Below are positions 8,295-15,801 of a DNA stretch of 33,792 nucleotides, piece by piece (positions within the stretch are counted from its first letter, which is position 1; each line of letters starts with the position of its first letter). This stretch comes from a virus. The notes beneath the pieces were generated by a model, which was not told where the DNA came from, made no database searches, and was given only the letters and a program-made list of their open reading frames with translations. The stretch covers positions 1 to 33,792 of IMG/VR virus record IMGVR_UViG_3300045988_021627; one strand, 5' to 3'. A program made the translations under genes and the position numbers.

Positions 8295-8537
8295 ATGAAA
8301 AAGAGAAGTTTAAAAGAAGAGATAGAATACCGTTTAGGCATGTACTTCGGCATCAAGTCCGGCGCGCTGTATGTCCGCGACGATAAGTTCGGTAACACAG
8401 AGGAAATACTAAACCAGTTGCAACGCGATATTACCCGAGACGTTAATTTCCTTTCGCGTAAAACACTGGGATACGTATCGGATGAGCAGGACTTCAAAAG
8501 CATTTGCGTGTTTTACAAAACAAAATTAATGAAGTAA
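8295..8537 (+). CDS. Hypothetical protein (80 aa)
   Basis: I use the internal ATG 8295 (MKKRSLKEEIEY...). The track ORF 8112..8537 would overlap the methyltransferase gene by 170 nt. Confidence 0.6.
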   Translation: MKKRSLKEEIEYRLGMYFGIKSGALYVRDDKFGNTEEILNQLQRDITRDVNFLSRKTLGYVSDEQDFKSICVFYKTKLMK

Positions 8538-8544
8538 TAGGGCT

Positions 8545-8721
8545 ATGGTAAACTATATAGATTTAAAGTTAAAGTGTATCGCAGGACACACCGAAATAGT
8601 AATGAATGGTCAGCGCATTAAGTGCGCTGCCGATTACGACAGAGTAATAGGGCACATAACCCCGGCAGCTCTCCATGAGTTCAGCGCCCAGTTATCAATG
8701 ATAAAAGCAATGTTATGTTAG
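8545..8721 (+). CDS. Small hypothetical protein (58 aa), absent from the ORF track
   Basis: My translation starts MVNYIDLKLKCIAGHTEIVMNGQRIKCAADYDRVIGH. It fills the gap before the SNF2 gene and overlaps that gene's start by 7 nt. Confidence 0.45.
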   Translation: MVNYIDLKLKCIAGHTEIVMNGQRIKCAADYDRVIGHITPAALHEFSAQLSMIKAMLC

Positions 8722-10103
8722 AAAGAAAGCAATTACATGAATACCAAGTAAAGGGAGTGCAGCATATTATCGGCAACGAGTTTTGCGCGTTGTTCCTCGA
8801 TATGGGTTTGGGCAAAACAGTAACAACCCTAACCGCCATCAAAGACCTTTTGGATAATTGCATCATATCTAATTGCCTGGTAATTGCCCCTAAGAAAGTA
8901 ACACAAGTCACCTGGAGCGACGAGATTAAAGCATGGGCACACCTTAAGGACTTGACGATATCAGTAATAGACGGTACGGTTAAGCAGCGCCGGGAAGCCT
9001 ACCAGAAGCAAGCGGACATATATGCAGTTAGCCGTGATAACATTGTTTGGCTTGTAATGGAGTTCGGAGGTGTTAAACTTCCCTATGACATGGTTGTTAT
9101 CGATGAGCTGAGCAGTTTTAAGAACTACGCGTCAAAGCGTTTTAAAGCCCTTAGAAAGGTGCGGAAGTTCATACCACGAGTTGTAGGCTTGACGGGTACG
9201 CCATCGCCAAACGGACTGATAGACCTATTCGCTCAAATGTATTTGATAGACCAAGGGCAAAGGCTCGGAAAATCAATCACAGCGTACAGGGATAGGTTTT
9301 TCAGACCCGACAAGCGGAACGGCGATATAGTGTTCAGTTATGCACTGAAAAGCCCCCAGGAAGAAACGGAGAAGCAAATAAGCGACCTTATAAGTGATAT
9401 AACCATATCAATGACCGCCGAGGACTATTTGAAGATGCCCGACCGCATTAACATATACGACCGCGTGGAGCTGTCGCCTAAAGTGCTGGCACAGTATAAG
9501 GAGTTCGAGAAGGAGCAAGTATTGGAGCTTATCAACTCGGACGAACCGATAAGCGCAGCAAGTGCGGCGGCTTTATCCAATAAGCTGCAACAATTCGCAA
9601 ACGGCGCAATATACGATGCCGACCGAAAGGTAATCGAGGTGCACGACGAGAAGCTGGAGAAGCTTGAGGAGCTTGTAGAGGCCGCGAACGGTTCGCCCGT
9701 ATTGGTTGCCTACTCATACAAGCATGACCTTGAACGCATAATGAAGAAGCTAAAGGCGTATAGGCCCGTCAAACTGGAGAAGCCCGAGCAGATAGCCGAG
9801 TGGAACGCCGGTAAGATTAAAGTGCTTGTAACGCACCCGGCGAGCGCAGGGCACGGGCTTAACCTACAGAAAGGCGGGCATACGCTTATATGGTTCGGTA
9901 ATACCTGGAGTCTGGAGCTGTACATGCAGTTCAACGCCCGGTTGTACCGCCAGGGGCAAACGCACCCCGTAACCGTCCATCACATCCTAACCACTGGAAC
10001 GGTAGACGAGAAGATAATAAAAGCCCTGGAAGGTAAGAAACAGACGCAGGACGGGCTTATGCAGAGTATTAAAGAGCTTATGGAATTTTACAGTAAGAAA
10101 TGA
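8715..10103 (+). CDS. SNF2/Rad54-family (superfamily 2) helicase
   Basis: 462 aa. Motif I LDMGLGKT, II VIDELS, III LTGTPSPN, V-like AGHGLNLQ and VI QFNARLYRQGQ. Confidence 0.9.
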   Translation: MLERKQLHEYQVKGVQHIIGNEFCALFLDMGLGKTVTTLTAIKDLLDNCIISNCLVIAPKKVTQVTWSDEIKAWAHLKDLTISVIDGTVKQRREAYQKQADIYAVSRDNIVWLVMEFGGVKLPYDMVVIDELSSFKNYASKRFKALRKVRKFIPRVVGLTGTPSPNGLIDLFAQMYLIDQGQRLGKSITAYRDRFFRPDKRNGDIVFSYALKSPQEETEKQISDLISDITISMTAEDYLKMPDRINIYDRVELSPKVLAQYKEFEKEQVLELINSDEPISAASAAALSNKLQQFANGAIYDADRKVIEVHDEKLEKLEELVEAANGSPVLVAYSYKHDLERIMKKLKAYRPVKLEKPEQIAEWNAGKIKVLVTHPASAGHGLNLQKGGHTLIWFGNTWSLELYMQFNARLYRQGQTHPVTVHHILTTGTVDEKIIKALEGKKQTQDGLMQSIKELMEFYSKK

Positions 10104-10249
10104 AAAAGTTAATAGCAGTTATCGCAGTCCTACCCCTATTGGTAGGCTGCACTGTAGTACAGAACGCAGCGGACAGCATACAACGTAATTTCGGGCTACA
10201 GCAATTAGAGTACGGGCTATCACCGAAGGATAGTTTAATACTTAAATGA
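10100..10249 (+). CDS. Small lipoprotein (49 aa), absent from the ORF track
   Basis: MKKLIAVIAVLPLLVGC has a lipobox (LVGC). ATGA overlap with the SNF2 stop. Confidence 0.6.
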   Translation: MKKLIAVIAVLPLLVGCTVVQNAADSIQRNFGLQQLEYGLSPKDSLILK

Positions 10250-10250
10250 T

Positions 10251-10292
10251 GTTAACGAAAGAACCAACGTAACTGGAAAAGCGTTATATTTG
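10251..10292 (+). promoter_or_regulatory. Early-class promoter E3
   Basis: GTTAAC 10251-10256, AACGTA 10266-10271 and TATATTTG 10285-10292. The ATG lies 27 nt after the box. Confidence 0.7.
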
Positions 10293-10318
10293 TATCAACG
10301 ATTTAAAAACAAAAGATT

Positions 10319-10591
10319 ATGGAAAAGTATTCAAAAGCAGTTAGCGAGATGTATTCGCAGTTTGAAAAGAGAGAAGCCCACCCGATGGAGAAGTATATAG
10401 GGAGATTGGCTAAATGCAACGGCGAGAAATTGGAAGTAGTGGGGTATAGGGACAATGAATGTAACTTTCCGCTTATAGTAGAAGTTTCCAAACTCGGAGG
10501 ATGGTATTGTGAGTTTTTAGACCCGCAAGATGTTGTAGTCAAAGAGTGCGAAAGATATTGGTATGTCAGTGTTAACGATTTAATAGATTAG
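10319..10591 (+). CDS. Hypothetical protein (90 aa)
   Basis: ORF directly downstream of promoter E3 and the conserved leader. Confidence 0.65.
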   Translation: MEKYSKAVSEMYSQFEKREAHPMEKYIGRLAKCNGEKLEVVGYRDNECNFPLIVEVSKLGGWYCEFLDPQDVVVKECERYWYVSVNDLID

Positions 10592-10596
10592 AGGTT

Positions 10597-11007
10597 ATGG
10601 TTAGAAACAAGGATTTTGCAGTACTGTACGCAGGCCGTGCAGTATTCAACAAGAACGGCGAGTTTGCCGGTGTGGTGGTCGGTTGGAACGAAATACGCGG
10701 TGTGATAGTGGACGGTTGGTCATCCTGGGGTGCTAACGGTATGAGCGTGTCCGGGGATGGATTTTTGTCCTACGAATACCGCAACGCCGGGACGCTGGTA
10801 GAACCGGACGAGCTGATGGATGAGGAGGAAGTCTCAAAGCATATGACGATAGGCGAGCTTATCAAGGGGCACGAGGGCGTGCAGGGCGTCCAATTCTCTA
10901 CGGACGGGCAAGGTAGCGTACAAGCCGCCTATATCCGTGGTAAGCACGGCGGCTTGAAGCTTGTAAGCATGGGAGACGGCTTAGAAAATGTATCATCAAA
11001 AATTTAA
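10597..11007 (+). CDS. Hypothetical protein (136 aa)
   Basis: Tightly packed ORF in the operon. I recognise no motif. Confidence 0.6.
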   Translation: MVRNKDFAVLYAGRAVFNKNGEFAGVVVGWNEIRGVIVDGWSSWGANGMSVSGDGFLSYEYRNAGTLVEPDELMDEEEVSKHMTIGELIKGHEGVQGVQFSTDGQGSVQAAYIRGKHGGLKLVSMGDGLENVSSKI

Positions 11008-11012
11008 AAGAT

Positions 11013-11126
11013 ATGGAAGCATTAATGTGTTTATTTGGAATTGCGATAGGCGCGGGTTTGGTAACTGGTTTGTGGCTTGTGGCTAAATTTGCAGCCCGTT
11101 ATATAGATGGTGAGTACAACGAATAA
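11013..11126 (+). CDS. Small membrane protein (37 aa), absent from the ORF track
   Basis: MEALMCLFGIAIGAGLVTGLWLVAKFAARYIDGEYNE has one transmembrane helix. TAATG overlap with the next start. Confidence 0.4.
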   Translation: MEALMCLFGIAIGAGLVTGLWLVAKFAARYIDGEYNE

Positions 11127-11452
11127 TGGGAGCAAGGAAAATAATGGCAGTGTTAGCGGTGGTACTTTTATCGTTGAAAACTGCACGCGGTAGGAAACCC
11201 GAGTATTTCAATAGTGGGTATAAGCCGGAACACGGCACGGAGTTTTGCCGGGCGCATCTTGTGGGTAAGGTATACCGACTCGATAATAGAGCGCTGTACT
11301 TGGTTGAGATACACCCCAAGGACGCGGCCAAAGCGCGTGCGTGGGGCGTCCCGGAAACGGAGCTACGCGGAGTGTATTTACTGGAGAGAGGAAAATTTTA
11401 TAAATTGGCATTTAAAGAAGAGTTATATGAAAGAACCAAAGCTACCCCATAG
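11126..11452 (+). CDS. Hypothetical protein (108 aa) with a hydrophobic N-terminus
   Basis: ORF with an N-terminal hydrophobic segment, IMAVLAVVLLSL. Confidence 0.55.
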   Translation: MGARKIMAVLAVVLLSLKTARGRKPEYFNSGYKPEHGTEFCRAHLVGKVYRLDNRALYLVEIHPKDAAKARAWGVPETELRGVYLLERGKFYKLAFKEELYERTKATP

Positions 11453-11711
11453 GCTTAAATGGGGCGATCGGACGGCCGCAAAGGTTGCCGAAGTAGATTA
11501 CCTTATCGGTATCAGATTAGTGGGCTACACGAGCCTAAAGGACGTGATTATAGTGGAAGTACATGGGAGTGTGGCAGACGAGGTGGGTGCATGGAGCGCG
11601 CCCGAAGGTTTATATAGCGCAGGCAGCAGCGACGTGTTCGTGAAGAAGCCGCGAGCCGGGGCGTATTACAAGTATATAAAACTTAAAAACATCGTGCATG
11701 AAGAAAGTTAG
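11427..11711 (+). CDS. Hypothetical protein (94 aa)
   Basis: I use the internal ATG 11427 (MKEPKLPHRLKW...). The upstream part of track ORF 11214..11711 overlaps 11126..11452 out of frame and is Arg-rich, like a shadow frame. Confidence 0.5.
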   Translation: MKEPKLPHRLKWGDRTAAKVAEVDYLIGIRLVGYTSLKDVIIVEVHGSVADEVGAWSAPEGLYSAGSSDVFVKKPRAGAYYKYIKLKNIVHEES

Positions 11712-12093
11712 TTTTATGGATATGGCGGTATGCCTCAACTGCCATGTATTCATCATATGGGAGTTCATACGAAGGTACGGATATACCGCCGGGGTAACAA
11801 AGGACAAGTACGGGCGCGGTTATGTGGAAGCCGGGCTTTGCAACGGTTGGATTGATAAGCTGGCAAAGTATGTAGCTGCCCAGGACTTCACATATAAGCA
11901 GCCTATCAATAAAAGGCAGTATCTCATCAGAGACGAAGCCCGGTTAGCCGAGGAGAAAAGAAACGAGCAGGACATATCAAGAACATACGGGATAGACCCG
12001 GAAGGAAGGATAAAAAGGGTGTCAACGTTCAAGGATGGAACGGTTCAGACGTGGTATTGGTATCGGTCTTCGCTCGGGTGGAAATTGACATAA
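11698..12093 (+). CDS. Hypothetical protein (131 aa); last gene before the non-coding hub
   Basis: ORF with a CLNCH motif near the N-terminus. Two direct repeats and a terminator follow it. Confidence 0.55.
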   Translation: MKKVSFMDMAVCLNCHVFIIWEFIRRYGYTAGVTKDKYGRGYVEAGLCNGWIDKLAKYVAAQDFTYKQPINKRQYLIRDEARLAEEKRNEQDISRTYGIDPEGRIKRVSTFKDGTVQTWYWYRSSLGWKLT

Positions 12094-12105
12094 TGTAAGC
12101 ACCCT

Positions 12106-12160
12106 CAAAGGACGTGTCGAACTAAGTGCCAACACCCCCGAAGGACGTGTCAAGTCAAGT
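12106..12160. repeat. Two copies of a direct repeat, AAGGACGTGTC(G)AA(C/G)T(A/C)AAGTG, spaced 33 bp apart
   Basis: The 11-mer AAGGACGTGTC occurs at 12108-12118 and 12141-12151 with similar flanks. Confidence 0.7.
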
Positions 12161-12170
12161 GATAGCGATT

Positions 12171-12213
12171 AGCCCGAATCTGATTACAAAATGTCAGATT
12201 TGGGCTTTTGTTT
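12171..12213 (+). terminator. Rho-independent terminator ending the early/middle operon
   Basis: A 13-bp stem, AGCCCGAATCTGA (12171-12183) with TCAGATTTGGGCT (12194-12206), has one G-U pair and is followed by TTTTGTTT. Confidence 0.85.
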
Positions 12214-12249
12214 ATAATTAGAAAAAAGGGGCTCTAAAATTAACAGAAT

Positions 12250-12464
12250 TTAACCACACCTGCACAGTAAAAAATCGCTACTGTGCAGGTCTCTGTGCAC
12301 TCTAACTCTCTATATTATAATATATTATATGTAAATGCACAGATGCACAGTAAAAAGAGGGTAAAACATTATTTTGGAGAAAAGTGTATTTTAGGGGGTG
12401 TAAAATATACTATATCCTATATTAAAGTTATGAAAAAAAGGTGTGTGTCTGTGCAGGTGTCTGC
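12250..12464. repeat. Non-coding element A, homologous to 29057-29282, with six CTGCACAG/CTGTGCAG-type motifs
   Basis: Block-wise alignment with element B. Shared blocks include TTAACCACA..CCTGCACAGTAAAAAATCGCT.CTGTGCAGGTCTCTGTGCA, ACAGTAAAAAG.GG.TAAAACATTATT.TGGAGAAAA, ACTATATCC and TCTGTGCAG. Confidence 0.85.
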
Positions 12465-12566
12465 AACGTTCAGTGAGATAGGTAGTTACAGTGTACACAT
12501 ACAGAATATTGTAAATATAATTCATTTGTAAACTTTATTTGTAAAAAAGGCCTAACTGACCGTAGG

Positions 12567-12597
12567 TTGGTCTGATGCGATTTGTTGCCTACCTTTG
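12567..12597 (+). promoter_or_regulatory. Bacteroidota-type promoter facing the repeat array and terS (candidate late promoter)
   Basis: TTG 12567-12569 and TACCTTTG 12590-12597 are separated by 20 nt. Confidence 0.55.
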
Positions 12598-12626
12598 TGC
12601 CATGATTGAAACGATACGTATCGCCG

Positions 12627-12924
12627 TCCCAATACCGGGATAGTCCGAATACCGGGATAGTCCGAATACCGGGATAGTCCGAATACCGGGATAGTCCCAA
12701 TACCGGGATAGTCCGAATACCGGGATAGTCCGAATACCGGGATAGTCCGAATACCGGGATAGTCCGAATACCGGGATAGTCCCAATACCGGGATAGTCCC
12801 AATACCGGGATAGTCCCAATACCGGGATAGTCCGAATACCGGGATAGTCCCAATACCGGGATAGTCCCAATACCGGGATAGTCCGAATACCGGGATAGTC
12901 CGAATACCGGGATAGTCCCAATAC
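12627..12924. repeat. Tandem array of a 17-bp unit, TCC[G/C]AATACCGGGATAG: 17 full copies plus a 9-nt partial copy, with no spacers
   Basis: I counted the units one by one. Sixteen of the 17 positions are invariant. Position 4 is G or C, in the order C GGG C GGGG CCC G CC GG (C). Confidence 0.97.
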
Positions 12925-12996
12925 TACTCGTGCATCTCTTTAAGAGACCGCGAGCACACGCGCGATACCTCATTAATACCAACTAACAAACAAACT

Positions 12997-13623
12997 ATGG
13001 CAGGAAGAGCAAAGAAGGAAGCCGCCCCCGATACGAAGGCGGCAATTACCAAGGGGCAAGCGACGGGCAAAGCCCCAGCCCCTAAAGACGATTTGAAGAA
13101 GTGCAAAGAACTTTACGAGGTCGTGCAGACGCGCGGTTGTAAAGGCGCAACGTTGTCTACCGTCGAAGAGTGCGTCGATTACGTAGCCGAGTACATGAAC
13201 TTTTGCGCGCGTAACCCGTTCATCACTTTTGAAGTGCTGAAGGGTGGGAACGCGGCAGGGCAAAAGATACCTATAGAGAAGAAACGCGCGCCATCGCTGG
13301 GGGGCTTCTGCCTTTTCATCGGATGGACTTTGCAAGCGTTCAAGAAGAACGGCGCACGGCTTGAAAAGCTGGCAGAGGATGGGAACGAAGACGCGGCTAA
13401 CCTTTTGACCGGGTACGCCCTAATCGCTGAACTCATCGCAACCGATATGGACGAGAGCGCGCTCGCCGGTGTGGTTGATGCTAACTACATGGCAAAGCTT
13501 AGAGGGCTACGAGACCTTAAGGACGTCACAAGCAACGGTAAGGAGGCAGGCACGAAGGCTATGCAGGTGAACGTACTTTCAGAGGATGCGGTGAAGAACC
13601 TACAGAAGTTAGGAGGCATCTAA
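12997..13623 (+). CDS. terS: Terminase small subunit
   Basis: 208 aa, immediately upstream of terL. A Lys/Ala-rich N-terminus is followed by PSLGGFCLFIGWTLQAFKKN and ANYMAKLRGL, which resemble the Terminase_2-type small subunit pattern. Confidence 0.7.
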   Translation: MAGRAKKEAAPDTKAAITKGQATGKAPAPKDDLKKCKELYEVVQTRGCKGATLSTVEECVDYVAEYMNFCARNPFITFEVLKGGNAAGQKIPIEKKRAPSLGGFCLFIGWTLQAFKKNGARLEKLAEDGNEDAANLLTGYALIAELIATDMDESALAGVVDANYMAKLRGLRDLKDVTSNGKEAGTKAMQVNVLSEDAVKNLQKLGGI

Positions 13624-13626
13624 AGC

Positions 13627-14772
13627 ATGAACGTTACATTTACTTTTGAAAAGATACTGGCGGCTTTCGTAGACCCGAAGATTCGCGGCGTAGCCTCTAA
13701 AGGCGGCACGCGTAGTGGCAAGACGTGGGCAATCCTACAGATGCTGCACATACTTGCATTGAGCAACCCCCAACCGCTCGTTATCTCGTGCGTATCGGCT
13801 ACGTTCCCTATGGTGAAACGTGGTATGCTCCGTGACTTTAAAGCCATGGTTGCAGCCGAGGGCTACTGGGACGAGAGCAAGTTTAATAAAACGGAAAGTA
13901 CATATGAATACTCGAACGGCACAATAGTTGAGTTCTTCTCCTGTGATAACGCCGGCAAGGTGCACGGTCCGGCACGTGATATACTTTTCGTCAACGAGGC
14001 GCAAGGCATACCGCGTGAAATCTTTAGGCAGCTTGATATCCGTACCCGTAAAAAGGTCATCATCGACTACAACCCCGTACGGAAGTTCTGGGGCGAAACC
14101 GAGTTCGTAGGTGATAGATACGTTACGATACATTCGACGTACAAGGATAACCCGTACTTGACCCCCGAGCAGGTGGCGGCCATTGAGAAGAACAAGGGCG
14201 ATGCCAATTGGTGGCGCGTGTACGGTGAGGGCTTGACGGGCGGCGTAGAGGGTAACGTTTACCCCGAGTACGAAGTAATAGACGATATGCCGGAAACCTT
14301 CACGGGTAGATGCCTGGGGCTTGACTTTGGTTTCGTGAATGACCCCACCGCGATTGTCGATATCCGCATGGAGGGCTGGGACTTATACGTAGACCTACTT
14401 TGCTATGAACAAGGCTTGCTTAACAGCCATATAGCGGACTACCTGAACGCCAATGCGCTTAACCGTGTGGTAACGGTGTGCGATAGTGCGGAGCAAAAGA
14501 GTATCGTGGAGCTACAGCAAAAGCGTATCAAAGCAATACCGTGCGTCAAGGGGCGCGGCTCTGTGGCGGCTGGTATTGCACAGGTGAAGCAATTCAAGTT
14601 GCACGTAACGAAGCGTTCGGTCAAGCTGCTTGATGAACTGGATAACTACAAATGGATTAAGGACGAAGTATCGGACACATACACCAACGAGGCGATAGAC
14701 GCGTGGAATCACGCACTCGACGCGCTCCGTTACGGTGTGGACTTCCTGATACGCAAATACAGACCCAAATAA
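13627..14772 (+). CDS. terL: Terminase large subunit (PBSX-like family)
   Basis: 381 aa. Walker A GGTRSGKT, Walker B LFVNEAQ, and nuclease motifs GLDFGFVNDPTA, CDSAEQKSI and DALRYGV. Confidence 0.9.
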   Translation: MNVTFTFEKILAAFVDPKIRGVASKGGTRSGKTWAILQMLHILALSNPQPLVISCVSATFPMVKRGMLRDFKAMVAAEGYWDESKFNKTESTYEYSNGTIVEFFSCDNAGKVHGPARDILFVNEAQGIPREIFRQLDIRTRKKVIIDYNPVRKFWGETEFVGDRYVTIHSTYKDNPYLTPEQVAAIEKNKGDANWWRVYGEGLTGGVEGNVYPEYEVIDDMPETFTGRCLGLDFGFVNDPTAIVDIRMEGWDLYVDLLCYEQGLLNSHIADYLNANALNRVVTVCDSAEQKSIVELQQKRIKAIPCVKGRGSVAAGIAQVKQFKLHVTKRSVKLLDELDNYKWIKDEVSDTYTNEAIDAWNHALDALRYGVDFLIRKYRPK

Positions 14773-15383
14773 TGAAAAAGTTTATATTGAGGTGGATTTA
14801 CCGCATAACAGCGATTAACAACCGAAAGGTTTTATTGAGAGTTGCTAACCTACCAGCTAACGGCACGGTACGCATAACCAAGGACGAGGAGAAGTTGCTA
14901 AAGGATATGATTAAATACTGCCGGCCCTCACAAGTCGCTACGCGCAATGGGAGGGCTGTGTACAGACTTAGGGACGTCGAGGGTATAACTCTATGGTCTA
15001 TGCTTGAAACGCGCCGTGCAGAGGGCGCAAACGAGCGTATCAAGGCATGGACTGATGACAACTACGAACCCGAGACCATTCTCGATGCCGCGAAGCTTGA
15101 TAAGTTCATAGTGTCACAGATGGAAATCGCGGACGGTCTCGAGCAAATCGTGTTTCAGAACATGAAGCAGACGGGCGAAAGCGCGTTGACGGGTGACGAG
15201 ACGATTAAACAAGCAAAGAACCTTCTCGGGCTTGTGCAGATTACAGCAGAGCTTTTCCACTGTAGCTTTGAGGACGCGAAGCAAATCAACTATTCGGACG
15301 CTATGCTTGCCATCGCCAAACGTAACGACGAGATAGAGAAGGAGAAGCAAGAAATGAAGAAACAACAAATGAAAAACAGATAG
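14772..15383 (+). CDS. Hypothetical protein (203 aa) in the morphogenesis operon
   Basis: I use ATG 14772 (MKKFILRW...), which overlaps the terL stop as TAATG. The track start at 14703 would overlap terL by 70 nt. Confidence 0.6.
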   Translation: MKKFILRWIYRITAINNRKVLLRVANLPANGTVRITKDEEKLLKDMIKYCRPSQVATRNGRAVYRLRDVEGITLWSMLETRRAEGANERIKAWTDDNYEPETILDAAKLDKFIVSQMEIADGLEQIVFQNMKQTGESALTGDETIKQAKNLLGLVQITAELFHCSFEDAKQINYSDAMLAIAKRNDEIEKEKQEMKKQQMKNR

Positions 15384-15385
15384 TT

Positions 15386-15790
15386 ATGACTTTTGAAACA
15401 ATAATTAACACAGCGAACGCCCGGGCTACAGCACTGGGCAAAACGCTGATATTCGGGGATACCGCAGTACAGAACGTAGCGGCTAACGAATTGGGCGATG
15501 ACTTCTTTACGCTTGACGTAACGGCTGGAAGCTATACGGACACGAACGTACCTAACAGCAGCGCCTACACGGTAGTCATTCGCTGTATGGGTACATCAGC
15601 CTATATGCGAGACGACGCAGTAGAGATAGCAACTTTGATACGTACCGACCTTCTCCTGCATGGGATGCTTAAAAGCTTCATATGCGGCTACGAGATAGGC
15701 TCGCTCCGTATCGCCAAAGTACAGAACCAGTACGATACAATCAAATCGGGCTGGGAGGCAACGTTCGACGTGTACAAGTACGGGGCGTGA
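15386..15790 (+). CDS. Hypothetical virion-module protein (134 aa)
   Basis: ORF starting 3 nt after the previous stop. Confidence 0.6.
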   Translation: MTFETIINTANARATALGKTLIFGDTAVQNVAANELGDDFFTLDVTAGSYTDTNVPNSSAYTVVIRCMGTSAYMRDDAVEIATLIRTDLLLHGMLKSFICGYEIGSLRIAKVQNQYDTIKSGWEATFDVYKYGA

Positions 15791-15801
15791 ACTTAATACA
15801 G

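Noticed and set aside
11214-11426. The N-terminal extension of track ORF 11214..11711
   Set aside because: It overlaps 11126..11452 in another frame and is Arg-rich, like an off-frame translation. The internal ATG at 11427 gives a compact gene with normal spacing.
12283-12531. An 82-aa plus-strand ORF inside non-coding element A
   Set aside because: It starts with a non-ATG codon in the track and has an odd composition. The homologous element B (29057-29282) carries stops in the equivalent frame, so the conservation is at the nucleotide level.
12627-12924. A CRISPR array as the explanation for the short direct repeats
   Set aside because: The units are contiguous with no spacers, they are shorter than CRISPR repeats, and there are no cas genes.
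12470-12982. A 170-aa minus-strand ORF, plus overlapping minus-strand ORFs 12552..12785 and 12589..12921, all encoding 17-aa repeats (GLSRYSDYPGIGTIPV...) across the tandem array
   Set aside because: All three minus frames are open only because the 17-mer happens to contain no reverse-strand stop codon, which is expected by chance for a large fraction of random 17-mers. A 17-bp period simply cycles the three frames. This would be the only minus-strand gene in the genome. It has no promoter or leader motif, and its 3' part runs into non-conserved sequence.
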